This document shows positions 25,901 through 39,866 of a stretch of DNA of 64,000 nt, one piece after another. Numbering within the stretch: the stretch's first letter is position 1; each line of letters starts with the position of its first letter. The notes under the pieces were generated by a model. That model was given only the letters and a program-made list of their open reading frames with translations. It was not told the DNA's origin and did no database searches. The position numbers and the translations under genes were made by a program. The DNA comes from Lytechinus pictus (lineage: Eukaryota): NCBI RefSeq assembly GCF_037042905.1, contig NC_087246.1, positions 55,800,001 through 55,864,000 on the forward strand, read 5' to 3'.

Positions 25901-26356
25901 TATAGGGCCTATTCATAAATGGATCTCTTCCCAATTCCGTATTTTATTTCGTTTTGCTTTGTTTTGCTTTTTTGTTTTATGCTTGCTCTGATTTGTTTTT
26001 AAAGTTCTCGTTGGACCACTTTTTCGGGTTTTTTTTTCTAAATATTTTATTCATAGTCTTGCTTTTTTAAATTTTGTTTTTATTTTCATTTTTTCATTTT
26101 GATTTATTTGTCAATTATACAAATAAAGTGGCAATTCATGAAAGCTGGACAGGATAACTTATGAAAGTTATAGGACTTTTTTTACAATGGAGTCCCAATG
26201 AACTCGATCCCCATTTCCATTCTACGGCATGCTTTTTGGTTTGGCTTGGTTTTATTTACCGTATAAAAATCACAATAAAATACATTGCACAAAATATGAG
26301 ATTAAATATAAATATATAAACATGCACATAAAATTATACGGATATATATATATATA

Positions 26357-28220
26357 CACAGCAAAAAAAGTAAGTCCCCCTTAAACAGATATCAATAATT
26401 TCCGAACCAATGCGAGTTTTTAATATATTTTTACATGAGCGTGTACGTAATTTTATAAGCTACCCTCTGAGTAAATGTTATGGACGTATTTTATGTCATG
26501 CTTCAGTGAGCACCGCTTTTCACTTTTCAAAAGTCACAAGCCAAATATCATAATCTTGATTCCACTTTATTGGAATGAATTCCACATTCTCATCATGAAA
26601 AATAGTCAGAAGGCTTGTAAAGGGTACTTTCTTAAAGACGATACAACATTTTTGGCTAAATTTCACGGTTGAATAAACACAAGTCCAAATTTGCTGTAAT
26701 TGGATTTTTACACATTTCTATCAATAAAAATGATCGAATATGATGACAGTTATCTTCAACAATATTCATTGTTTCACGGATCAATGAACATTTAATGAAA
26801 GCAAAAAATACGAATTTCTACTATCATAGGCAAGTATTGTTTCATTTTGGTAACTGAAATGATCTTTTCTCAACTTTTTTCGTTATGTTCATGACCAATT
26901 AACATGTGATTCAAATGCGTTTAATCAAACATTCACACTTGAATGAACATGTGGAATGTGATAAGCTTGTTTTTACGTTATTGGAAAAATGCAACAGCTA
27001 ACTATGGATATCTGTCACAAACCTCCTTGCATGGTTAATTTGATTTGATTTTTATGAAAATCCCGATGTCTAATGCTTCAGTGAGCACACAATATTAAAA
27101 AATTATGCAAATGAGAAGAAAGTTTAAGGCCTTGACCCCACTCTGTGCCGCATCGAATGATTATGTTGGTGTGCGCGCCTTTTGGATAGTGTTACTCTGA
27201 AGCCATGTACAAAGTTTCATGAAAAAATTGTGGGCAGTAGTAACAAAAACCGTCCATGAAACAAACCCTCATTTCATATTTGTTTAAATTTTGACTTCGT
27301 CTCTCATAGACTTGTGTACATTATGGGTGCACATGTTTAAGAATAAGTTACCCCTTATTCAATATGGTGGAACTTTTTTTCAAGGCTGTCTTTAGCAATG
27401 TCATTTGGCAGTTATGTTTATCAACCTATGGGCAGAATTCTGTGCAAAAATTAAATCGATATGTTTATTTATGGATGAGTGAGCATGCATCAAAGTGGGA
27501 AAAGGGGCATTTCAATGTCACAGACTCATTTTGAGGGGTAATAAAGTGAATAATGGGGGCACATTCGGTTTCAAATGTGACTGCATGCTGTTGTTTTTAT
27601 CATCCATCAGGTTTATCACCACACACTTTCCGAACTCTTTACATTTTCATGGTTGAGCGAGCACATTCGAAAACTTGGGAATGAATCCTCTTTATACTGC
27701 ATAAATTTATTCTTTTCCTAACAATTTCTCTGGATCAGTTGAATTTATAGACAAATCAGTGGTAGATCCAGAATTTCAAAATGGGAGAGGGGCCGAGTAA
27801 TTGGGGGAGCCACCAACATTTTCCAATTTTAACATATTTTAACAAGTTGTAGGGGATACTGTCATAAACCCCAATGATAATACGTCACAAAACATTGTGC
27901 TCACTCAAACATAAACATACGATATCAAAATTCTGTGTGAAGTGGCTAAATGATGGATAGTAAAACAGCATTAACACCATAAAATTCACATAAAAACAAC
28001 CTTTGCCAAACTTTGTATTTACACAATCTGAAAAACAACTCTTGAGACTTTAAAAAATCTTTGATTACTCATGCATGACTCAACCGATCAATCTCATTTT
28101 CCCCCATGCAGAAGATGCTTAATGAGTGTAGAAAACCACTTACGAAATATCATATTTCAAAATTATTCCGTTCAAAAGTTACAGCAATTTGATTTAGGGG
28201 GGACTTACTTTTTTGTTGTG
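26357..28220. mobile_element. 1.86-kb Tc1-like non-autonomous element in a (TA)n tract
   Basis: TIRs CACAGCAAAAAAAGTAAGTCCCCC / GGGGGACTTACTTTTTTGTTGTG with (TA)n flanks; no transposase ORF. Confidence 0.8.
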
Positions 28221-28269
28221 CATATATATATGACTCATGAGAAAGAGACACATATCTCACCAACAAATT

Positions 28270-30385
28270 AATTCGAGCGCGAAGCGCGAGCTGAAATTTT
28301 TTAGTATACTGACCTGAAAACAGGAAAAATGTACCTGTTTAGGACTGTTAGTAGTAACTCATGAGGAGGATTCATATCTCACTACACAAATAATGCGAGT
28401 GCCGAGAGCGAGCTGAAATTTCTTTATATTCTTACCTGAAAGCTTGATATTCTAAGCATATTTGGTACCAATTATTAAGATGGGTAACTAAAAGAACAAT
28501 AGATGCGAGCGCGAAGCGCGAGATGAAAATGTTGATATTTCGATCTGAAAATTAACAGTTTAATGGACGTTTTTAATAAAGAACAAGACATATATCCAAC
28601 AAAAGATTATTGCAAATCGATGCGGGAGTTCTTTTAAAGTTTAGAACTGAAAACGGGACACTCTATTCATCTATTAATCATGACAAGTATGGGTTTTTGT
28701 TACAGAAATGATGCGAGCGCGAAGCGCGAGCTGAATTTTTTTATATTCCAATCTGAAAAACGGACATTTTGAGCACGATATCAAATAAAGAACGAGTTGT
28801 GTATCTCAATCTCGCTTGCTGATTTCTATGTAACATTACAATCTTATTTTATTTTTGCACATGCGGAATTATTGGGGGGCAAAACGATATGTTTGCCCCC
28901 CAATATTTTCATTGGTGGGGCGATCGCCCCTCAGGGACATGGGAACGATTTTTTCAGTGGGGGTGCTGAAATCTCTCCTCAAAGGTGAGGGGGACAGACA
29001 CAATTGAGTTTTCCATAATTACACACACACACACCCTCACACACACACACACACACATATATAAATATACATATATATGACAGTCACTTCTTAGCTTTCT
29101 TCTTATAAAAGAACATAAATATATAATTTGATAATTTGAGCGCGAAGCGCGAGCTATTTTTTGTGGAAATTTCATGTATTTTGTCCTGAAAATTGAACAT
29201 TTTGAGCAATGTTTGTGGTCCAATTAAGATACGTATGTAACAAATAATAATTGTGAGCGCGATCAGCGTGAGCAGATATTTTTTATATACGCTCTGGCCT
29301 GATCGAAAGGGACGTGTATATAAGGACTGTTCTGCAGTTACCCATGAAGACGATACATATATCAACAATCAAATAATGCGAGCGCGAGCTTAAAAATTTG
29401 ACATTCCGACCTAAATACTGGACATTCTAAGCACGTTTTGTAAATATGAACAGGATGGGTATATAACTATACAATTGATGCGAGCGCGAAGCGCGAGCGG
29501 AAACAAAATTGAGATTTCATACAGACCAAAAAAACGAGAGATTCTCAGCACTTTTCTAATCATAATAAGGATAGGTATAAAACTATACAATTGATGCGAG
29601 CGCGAAGCGCGAGCGGAAATAAAAATGAGATTTCAAACCTTAAAACGAGACATCTAATGCACTTTTCTAATCATGAACAGGATAGGTATATAACTATACA
29701 ATTGATGCGAGTGCAAAGCGCGAGCGGAAACAAAATTGAGATTTCAGACCTGAAAACGGGACATTCTATTCATGTTTTGTAAATCAAGAAAATGATGGGT
29801 AATTGGATATATTCTTAAATCAATGTGAGCGCGAAGCGCGAGCAGAAATTTTTTGATATTCTGATCTGAAACTCCACATTGAATGTAAAATGGTTTGAAC
29901 AGAGAAAGAAAACTCAGACGAACATAAGAATAAAGATTTGATCAAAATCAGACAAGGAATATTACAGTTATTGCATTTTAAAGATTAGCATTATTCCAGT
30001 GAAACAGTTTTAGGCATGTCTTCATTAAAATTCAATGAGCAAACTGGTGATGTCATATCCCCACTTGTTCTTTTGTATTTTATTATATAAATTGAGGTTT
30101 ATTCAATCACCATTTTCATAAAATATTACTAAACTTCAGAATTGAATAATTTAACTAATCGTTATCAGATTTTGATAAAATTTATTTATTTTTGATAAAA
30201 TGTATTTGATATAAATATTTTCAGCCCGGAGTACCCCCCCCCTATCAAGCTGCGTATCTGAATAAACATGCCTGCGCGTGTTTAGAGTTAGACCTAGTAT
30301 CTGGGCATTCTAAATACATTTTTTTTTTAATAAAAATAAATAATGCGAGCGCGAAGCGCGAGCAGAAAATATTTGATATTTCGAT
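28270..30385 (+). repeat. Degenerate ~115-120-bp tandem array with conserved GCGAGCGCGAAGCGCGAGC core
   Basis: Core or variants at ~28274, 28395, 28505, 28713, 29138, 29254, 29379, 29479, 29596, 29707, 29826, 30345. The rest of each unit is homologous but diverged. Confidence 0.85.
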
Positions 30386-31056
30386 CTGAAAGAGGGTGAA
30401 TTTAAACACTATTTCAAGTAATGTGTCGGAAAATTCTGAAGGGGGTGGTTCTACAAAACGTCGTTCATTTTCATTACATTTCTGTCATTTTATCATACCT
30501 ACCACTAGATTTCCAGGAGGTGCGCTGCCTATGGAAAATAACACACGCAGCACCCCCAAATTTTGGGGGTGCTTCACCCCCAGCACCCCCGCTTCCCAGG
30601 GCCATGGGGCAGGGCGAAAAAGACTGAAATTTGATTTCTATTGTCTGACTTGTAATTTTGTATACAATACACGGGCGGTCGGGCGCGCGCTCACTTGATT
30701 CGACAAAAAACCTGGAAGTTTCAAGTCCAACCACCCCCATGTCCCTCCCTGCTATCGAAGAGTGTGTATGGTTATCACGTATTGCGCGCGACCACGTCTG
30801 TATCGGAGTGCTGCCCCGTTGGAGCTTGATTGAGTCGCGTTATAGGAGGGATGTTATTGGAATATGTGAAAGACTATGTAAATGATTTGCGATTGTCGGA
30901 TGTGATAATTATGTACATTATAACATATTTTAAAAAATACAGGGGGAACCCGATTTCGTGGGGGTGCTGCCTATGGAAAATAATACACGCAGCACCCCCA
31001 GGATAATTTCTGAGGGTGCTTCAGCACCCCCAGCACCCCCGCTTCCCAGGTCCCTG
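28932..31056. mobile_element. hAT-like element (CAGGG...CCCTG) nested in the right end of another such element
   Basis: TIRs CAGGGACATGGGAA / TTCCCAGGTCCCTG. Removing it rejoins GCGATCGCCCCT to CCTGC(n)AGGATCGAGGCCTCTG (outer end at 31093). Right end duplicated at ~30517-30606. Confidence 0.6.
29875..30240. mobile_element. Decayed Kolobok-like MITE interrupting the array
   Basis: Clearly similar to 44709-45304 (GTGAAACAGTT.TAGGCATGTCTTCAT, GATGTCATAT.CCCACTTGTTCTTTTGTATTTTATTAT, CAGCC.GGA end). Confidence 0.6.
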
Positions 31057-34000
31057 CCTGCCCCCCCCCCCCCCCCCAGGATCGAGGCCTCTGGTATAGT
31101 GTATTATTCGAATTGTTTTGGTAAATTTATTTCAGATGGAATACATGCAAATCAATACATGCAAATCTACATCAAGCTGATGTAGATGACTTTCGTTGTT
31201 TCCTATACCAGCCCCACCCATGCACGGTCTTGGTAGAATCCACCCATTAGAATATTTACTCGACCCATTTAATCAATTTTCTACATCAAAATAGACCCTT
31301 CATCGCTTCCCTTTTTTTATCAATTGTGTTTTTGAATAACTTTGAGCTACAAACGACGGCTTAATCCCAAGTGTATTTGGATACGTAGAAAAGAAAAGAA
31401 TGCTGGTAGAAGTTTACTTTCCAAAATGGTTTCAAGTCATTGGTTGATCAGGGAGGTTAATATCGAGCAGGAGTAAATCAGGTGTATTGTTTGAAATTAG
31501 TGTTTAGAACGATATGACATGATTAGTAGCATCTTTATAGAGAGAAGCCATTCTTATCGATCAGCAAATTGACCCTATCAGATTACCTAAACCTGTAATA
31601 AACGACTACACCATGGTAAATTAAAAGGCGGCTCCTTTGATGCTAATAAAGTATACCTCCATGAAGTCACTTTATTAAGGAAAGTATATAATCCAATGAC
31701 AATTCCTACTTTCCTGATCTTATAATTTTTCTTCTCTATAAACTAGTAGAGTTCATCAGGTACTCAGATAGTCGTTCAGAGGCCATATACAACTTCCTAT
31801 TGTCATGTTAAACGAACAAAACAGTGTTTACAAGAGTAATTAATGAAGGAGACCACTCTTGGTCTTTTCAGATAGTCGGCAACTTCAGTAGGATTTAAGG
31901 AGGACTGACAATATCGCATGTAGAAGGAGAGTCGTAAAACTTCGAGCCTTTTCTTCCACATCCGACAAAAGAGTGGTAGAACTCTCCCTACAAACTTTCT
32001 GAACATAAACGGATTAAAGCGACCGAAAACAATACATCACTTGCTACCAATGGGCTTACTGGACTCGGTGGTATGGTATCCGCTTAGAGACCTCTCTATA
32101 AAGGGTGGAAGAGTGGATCAGGAAAAACACAAGAATGGTAAAACCCATACAAGTCGGATTTGATGTTTTTATTAAAGCTATATAGCCTTGTTGTGTGCCG
32201 TTTAATGAGAGTGATCGTGTTTGCCAATACAACCCGTTAAGCGCCGCTCAATTGTATGTTTATGGATGCGATTAAAGATGCAAAGTGGCTTTTCATATAT
32301 TTACCATTCAAACCTTAAACCTTGTTAAGCGCTGGGGGTTTCGGTAACTTAAAAGCATACCGACAAGAAAGGGGAAGAGATCATACAATGCATCCGAAAG
32401 AATCGGAAATTCACCGCCTAGCCATTTACCCGTGTTAGATCCATTGAGCCACTTTCCTCATGTTAGACATCCATGGAATCAGTCATTCCTTTTTCTTGAC
32501 TGGTATAATAATAGCCGACTAAATCAGTGCAGGCAAGATGTTATTTACCGTGCATTTCTTCTCCTTTTCACGGTAAGGAGGGGGAAGAAAGACAATTGAT
32601 CAACATTAAAGAATAAATCCATTACTGTACTCGTGGAATTGCCCATTAAAATATTTTACGAGGTCCCTAATTAACTGATGATACACAACAGAGTTTCTTG
32701 CATGATTAAGGTAGTGGGCAATGATGGTACGTTATTGAAAAAGGGATTATATTGTGAAACCTACAAACCTGAGTTTTTTTTTTGTGTGTACATTCTTTCA
32801 AGCACTTACTTAAATGTCAAATTTGGGACATTTTCAGGACCTCGCACTTCCAAGAAAACAATAACTTATATGACGTGAAGCACCTGAGGCAAAAAGTGTT
32901 TTTTGGGGCATGTTAGAAATTTTAGTTTATAGAAGGCGATTAAACAACATTTTTAAACTTAAGTTAGGTTTTGATAATAATGATAATAAGGGTGACGATG
33001 ATGTCAACAACAACAAAATAATATCAACAGATAATGAGAAGATACTTTAATCAAGTAATCAAGTCTGTTACATTCATTTGATATAAATAATGATTTAGTT
33101 ATTTTTGCCGAATTTCGCCCAGATCAGTTCTGGTTCTGCGACCTCACATAACCCCTGATATTAATATGGTGCATAAACATGATAAGGGTATTAAATCACT
33201 AAATCAAGTGGGAATAATTATAACTTTTATTGCCTATTACTTTTCATTTACAGTTCTTTGAAATATATTTATGACATGTCTATTACAAGGTGCAGGATTT
33301 TCGTTTCGCCGTGCACTAATTACAATTCAGAATTTCTACAATATTGATATCCATTCACATAATTTTGTGCTTTAGATATATCTAGTAATGACCGGTAAAT
33401 AGAGCGTCTGGAGTAGCGTTTCTTTTCATCTTCTAAAGATAACGATCGGTCGTAAACCAAGAGAATACATCCCCAAACAAGTTGTTCAATTATTCCATTA
33501 ATCCAAATTGACCCCAATAAAATATTTGTTTCTTGCATTGAACTGTATTTCCCTCGTCACACACGGTATAAAACACGGTTTCTCTACAACCACTTGAATA
33601 AAGTCAGCGTTTCGCATTTTAATAAATACAAGCGCCGCCCTAAATAAGGAAAAATCGCCAGCAGATCGTTATCTTGTTCAGCTGCCGTTCTCTAAATAAT
33701 CATGAGAAAATAGTGATAATCAATTTTTGTTTAAGAATTAATGAAAACCAGAATCTAGACAGCAAATAGATGTCGATTTGCCCCCCCCCCCCTCTCTATA
33801 CTTTAAAATTTGAATGGTGAAGAGTAAGAATAAACTGAATAACCTTTCACCCATATTTGCTTCTTGTTTATCGGTTGTCGCTATCCCTTTTATTTCAAAT
33901 TTTATTTCCAGTTTGAGAAGAGATTAAATCTGGTTGCATGGGCCATATTTTGTTCGTCTATTCTATACAGAAGGAGGTAGAGTCCCATGTAAAATCCGAT

Positions 34001-34722
34001 TATCGTCGAGTAATAATCAGTTAGAAGGCTTCATCCTCGCCTGATTGTGCTTTGAAATCCTTTACTTCCACATTCGTCTTACCAAGATGGTGTTCACATA
34101 GTCATTGATAGTGCCAAACATTAAATGCCAGAATATGCGATTATTTTTCACCATTTAATTATTTTTGCTGATCATTATGTCCTGATTCTTACTTCTTGCA
34201 AGTCAAACCAAATGAATCCAATTTATATTCTTTCGGGAATGGAAAACGCTAAAGTGTAAAAAAAATAAATAAAAAAACTGTCGTCCTTAAAATGTTTTAT
34301 TCTTGTCGAATATTTCTATTAAAATAGTCTTTTATCTGTATTGTTGTTTGTATTATTATTTTGTTATTATGATGAATATGTCGAAAGCAAAATGTATAAC
34401 TTGGGAACATATTGGCCATGTGTTTGCATGATACAAAATATATTCATGATTCACTAGTATGTTGTCGGACAAAGACTCCTGATGGCGAATTGTATCGGAA
34501 TTGCTCTCTTAAAAGAGTGCGTCATCTGACGTGCTCATGCATTCCATATCACAAGCAACACACTAAACAAAATAACCAGGGCGCCGCCGAAATCCCTCGA
34601 AAATGTTCGTCTACTACCATCGTGCCAACCAGATATTCCGACAATTCAATCCTCAGGTCGAAAGAACAAACAAAGTTTAGGATCTTTTCTTCTTGTTTTT
34701 TATGTAGAGAATCAAAATGATC

Positions 34723-35130
34723 GGTAAATTGCCAATTCGTCCACTCACCGCATGGTCTACCTTCATTTAGGCTAATGTCATTCCGTCCATCAACATTTCG
34801 TCTTACAACTACCATTTAGTCCAATAACCTTTTGGTCCAACCATCACTTCGTCTAATCACCAGTTGGTCTATGGCCATTTTTTGTCTCATAACCAGCTGG
34901 TCTAATATTCGTTTCATTTTCATTCATTTGCCCAATTAACACTTAGTCTAATTAGACCAAAGGTATATGGACTAAATGGCCATTAGTGGACCAACTGGTT
35001 ATCAGACGAAGTGGTGAGTGGACGAAATAGCAATTATACCATGTGGATATTGCACGAATTGATGGGAGACCAAATGATAGTAGACAAGTTGGCATGGACA
35101 AATTGGCAGTTGACCAAATGAATATAAACC
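34723..35130. mobile_element. Foldback-like MITE built from short T(A/G/C)GTC(T/C)A repeats in mirror orientation
   Basis: Left half has repeated TTGGTCTA/TTCGTCCA units; right half has TAGACCAA/TGGACGAA units; GGT...ACC ends. Confidence 0.6.
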
Positions 35131-36899
35131 AAATGATCTATGACTGAAAATCTAGTTACATAATCATATTGGACTATTCATGGACCTAGTATCAGAGTAG
35201 TAGGTCCATGGACTGTTTGAAGTCTAATTATCGGTTATCAAAATAATGAATTTCACGATAAATGTTTTACCACAGGATGTTAGTTCTGGACAACTCATTC
35301 GCCGCCGTCTCCTCTATCTAGCATCGTTGATTCATATTTTATACTTCCAATTTTAACGTCCCTATATCTTTCACTTTTTTTTCAAATCTTGTAGATGAAT
35401 TCCGGATTTTCATAATGAAGAAATTTTTTTGGCTTCACATTTTCACCACTGATTGCACTCTCCGGGCACTTTACTATATAGTTTCTCCATCCCTCTCATT
35501 TATCTCCATCTCCCCCCTCTCTCTCTCTTTCTTTCTTTCACCTCCTCTCTCTCCGGTCACTCGCCTTATATACCCCCTATCTTTATTAATAACTATAAAT
35601 AAATGTTATTATTTCACTTTCCATTATGCATTTCTCTTCTTTGCTTCTTCCAATGGCCTTGTCATGAATTCTAGCAAAAGTGGGTCGAGAAACCTTTCGG
35701 CGTGGTTAAAAATGTGGTTTAATCATTTGCTAAATTTGCTAAAAATAACAGTGAGGTTGTGAACATGACTGTGATGTCTAAACAAAGTTTAAGCCATTAT
35801 TGTGGTTTTTCAGTCAATTTGGTGCTTTTGCGATTTTTTTTTTTTTTTTTTTTTTTTTGGGGGGGGGGGTTCTAATTGATGATGTAATGAGTGAAACGCT
35901 ATCGAAATATCATGTTGGATCTACCCTAGATTTATGTGACCTTGCAGCGGAAATGTTCAAACCTGAATATTCAAAAAAGTTGGTTTCGGGTAAGTCTCAT
36001 TCCATATTATTCAACAGGTTTAATATGCCAATATTGTATAATGTAAGTTCCTTCTATAAAGTTCTAAACCACTCGATATTTCGGTCTTTTCGGATTGTAG
36101 GAAACGAATAGCCTTTGTGTACTTGAATGTCAAAAACCAAAAAAGTAATAAGACCAGAATAGAACTTAAAATTCTGTCCATGACAATATTGGTGATCATT
36201 TTAACTTGCGTTTAAATTTCAGAAGTTACGTTCAAGCGAAAGCTAGTGCGTCGCGCGCAAGAGTTTAGATAATTGGATCTACTAAGTTAATCAATATATT
36301 ATTGTTTCAAAGTGAACGACGGGTTGATTGCTGAAATAAAACAATGTGATTGCTTTTCTATTGACAAGTATGGTCGTATCTTGCTACTAACTAAGCAATA
36401 CTCAGTTCTTACAAACCAACAAAGTATCAAAAGTAGTCCGCGAAAGAGAAGCGCCAAGTATAGGTCGAGGTATAAGATCGGTCTATCAACAGATATTAAT
36501 ACGCGCTGTTGGCAGTACACGAAACACGGCTTTGATTTCTCGTGTGATAAGAGTACTGATATGTATGCTTGCTAATAGCGGCCCCGTGGCGTCAGGGGAG
36601 GGACGCCAAGTGATGAGAAGAGGTGGTAGAAAACTGCAATCTTCAAGTGACACTTCATGTTAATTTAACGTCTTGTTTAAGGTTTAGGAGACACGACGGT
36701 GATTTGGACACTTTATTATGACGAAAAATGTCAAGACGACAACAAGGAAAAATCAATACACCACGATCACTTACTGCCACAGGGAACGAATCATATCATA
36801 TAACTATAACTCTTCTCATTTGGAATTTAATGAAATGATTAACATCATGCACAGATGGCATTGTTTATTAAAATTACGATAATTGTAAAGACAAAATAT

Positions 36900-36967
36900 G
36901 CTTGTCAATTTTTTTGGCGGACGAATTTGCCCCCCCCCCCCTGTGGAAAATCCTAGGTACGCCACTG
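36900..36967. mobile_element. Solo right end of the hAT-like MITE family at 22438
   Basis: Near-identical to 22610-22676 (GCTTGTCAA..TTTTGGCGGACGAATTTGC(n)..GTGGAAAATCCTAGGTACGCCACTG). Confidence 0.75.
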
Positions 36968-38742
36968 CTGAGCAGTCTTGTCAAGCTATGCAGTATATGC
37001 ATGGCATGTGCGCTATATCAACAACGTCAAACTACCTTTGAGAGTTTTAGCATACATGGAAATGTTTTAATTTCCTAGGGATACAAAAATTATGAATCAA
37101 GAACCGTTTTTCATGTTTTCGGTTCCACCATTTTTCAATTCTTTGATTGCGAAGCTTCATCTCTTGATCTTACATATTCGCTATAAGCTGTTTGAATTTG
37201 CGACCAATAAATCTGGACCTTGCATTCAAACAAAAATAAGTGATTGATAAATTGATGAGCATATAGGTGCGGCTGTATTTATTTGTATTTCGATCCCTCA
37301 ATAGTCTGTTCTCTTTCACATCATATTCATTTACCTTCCCTCGATCTAGCGCCTGAAACGCTCCCATGCCTTTCTAGGAGGCCCTTGTCACTGACAGGTC
37401 GCCAGGGGTTAGCCGTCATCTCTTTGCTCTTGTTCGCTACGCTTGTAAGCCGGACAATTAACTCCTAACAGCGCGACCAAAATATGACTGCTGATAATAC
37501 AAGGCTGGTGATAGATCAAGAAAAATATCTTTGACTCTTACCCTTAAAAGGGCAACGACATAAATTCCAACTGCGATCCAATCCGAGATGGGATGATAGT
37601 GAAGTATACATTGAACGTGCAAATTGTGTTTGTCATTGTAGACGTGGGGGATATGTCATCATGAAAACTTAGATTTGGAAAATTTTTATTATACTTATTA
37701 TTTGCAAAACTTCATAAAATACATGAGTTGTCTATTCATTATCAACACGATCATGCACATACTGTTGGTACCAATATTGCCCCTAGTATTTCTATATATT
37801 TATGTAATGCAGGATAAAATTTTGATACATATGAAGAAATAAGACTATAGTGACAAAATCAAGCGATCTTAGAAGCCTGAGCATCGGTGTTGAAATGATT
37901 AATAGCCAGAGTTGACAAATAGACAACTTTATTTCTACACGTCATCCATCTTTTCTACATGACATAAGTTAAAATGCATCTCGAGATTATCTCCATAAAA
38001 AGCAAACAGGCATTTCAAAGTCAATACGCGTAGCATCGATACCCTGCATGGAAGCAACTTTAATCTGACAGGTTTCAAGGAGTAAAATAAAACACCGGTA
38101 TATGCCTCCCACATGTAGGCGCCACTCATCCAAAGGCATAAATGGGGATAAATCTTATCCCTTAACAATGCCCTTTTACCACTAATAACTGGCGTAACAG
38201 ATAAACAGAATCCGTTATGAATGCAGTAATCGGAATTCACTTCAAATAAATCAATCAATACAAGAGGGATCTCTGTTGTAAGATGAAAAGCCCCGTAGAT
38301 CTCTATTAAAACATCATTGTTTTTAATTTGAAGATTTTTTCTATAACGTTACACTTTCTTCGACCACCTTGCTCGTGGCGCCTGATGAGCTGAAAATAAC
38401 GAGAGGGACAGCGGTGAGGGGGCGACTCGATTCTTTTCAATCAATCGGGTATTATCACCACTGAATTTTTCATCTCATTTGTCATCAGCCATAGATCTTC
38501 ACTATTTCCTAATGATAGTTGAAATTGTCTTCGTCTTAAGGTTTCAATTTTAAATGTTATTGTTACCGTCACAGACAGGCATTTTAAACTGTGTGCTCCG
38601 ACATGTGTGTGAAATCCCAGCACAAAATTAGTAATGGTGATGACGTTATTCTTTGAAATTCACGAAACATGAATAACTTTGCTGGGTTAATTATATTCGA
38701 CTTCGCCTTTCGTTTTATACAATTTATTTGATGATCTTCGAG

Positions 38743-38865
38743 TATATTGATATTAATATTGATATTAATATTGATATTAATATCATATTATATTGATATA
38801 TTGATATTGATATTAATAATATATTAATAATATATTAATAATATATTATATTGATATTAATATCA
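38743..38865. repeat. AT-rich minisatellite (TATTGATATTAA)n
   Basis: Tandem degenerate 12-mer. Confidence 0.8.
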
Positions 38866-39866
38866 TGGTTAAACGTGTGTGTTCAATTTTTATTCATAAT
38901 CCTTTAAAAAATTACATTATTCCTTTCTGTATTTTTTTATTTTGAATTATTATTTCTTTAGTTGCTTGCTGTCGCTTTTGCATGCAGGGAAATATATTCA
39001 CTTGGTTCTAAACTAAATGAAAAGGCATGAGTAATGTCTCTCAGAGAAGTCTAAAGCCGTCAGTCCCTATACTTGTTTTTGTTTTTGTATACTTGGAAGT
39101 ATTTATTCTACCTTAGTGGTGAATAGATAATACGACTAACCGTGATAATGAACTGATCAATGTATTGATAATGATGTCACCCAGAACCCAGACCCTCGAA
39201 GACAAAATTATTCTACTTTTATTATAATACGATTCCTTAAAGATATGTGAAACCACAAGAATGCACTGCTGGTAATGCCATCGCTATCCCTTTCAATCAA
39301 TAATGAAGTCTCTTTTTAGAGTCCGTAAGTCTCGAAATGGGTCTGTGAAGATTTTTTCTTGTTTTTTCCTCTTTTTCTACTTCTTCTTCTTCTTCTTCTT
39401 CTTCACTTAAAACTATGTTACGGTTAAAATCTGGTCATATGGCTTGAAGAAGTCACGTCCATATGGAATCATGGTATCGTTGGATTGTATCAGTTTGTGA
39501 ATATTTTGCTGATCTTGCTGCATTTCTCAAATATTATGATCGCATCTCTGGCATTTCGATCAGGTGGTTCAAATCTTGACCTACATTGGATTTTATGAGA
39601 TTACAGCATTTTAATGAAAAACACAAACAAACAAACGAATTATCAAAGCTCCCCATGTAGTATCTCTATATTTCATTATAGTAAGTTGGCCAGATGACGT
39701 TGAAAAAGAAATATTATGATTATCGTTATATTCTGATCGCATCCCTGGCATAAAGTGGTTGAAATAATGATAACAAAGGAAACATGCTAAATAAGAGAAT
39801 AAAACTTTTCAAGTTGGTATCATTATCATTTTTAAATATTTGTTACTTGGCATTCTTTTAGATTAA

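Noticed and set aside
28270-30385. CRISPR-like array (conserved short repeat at regular spacing)
   Set aside because: The inter-core sequences are homologous to each other rather than unique spacers; eukaryotic context; no cas genes.
38370-38410. Hammerhead ribozyme core (CTGATGA...GAAA)
   Set aside because: Only 3 nt between the core motifs (no stem II) and no convincing stem III or cleavage triplet.
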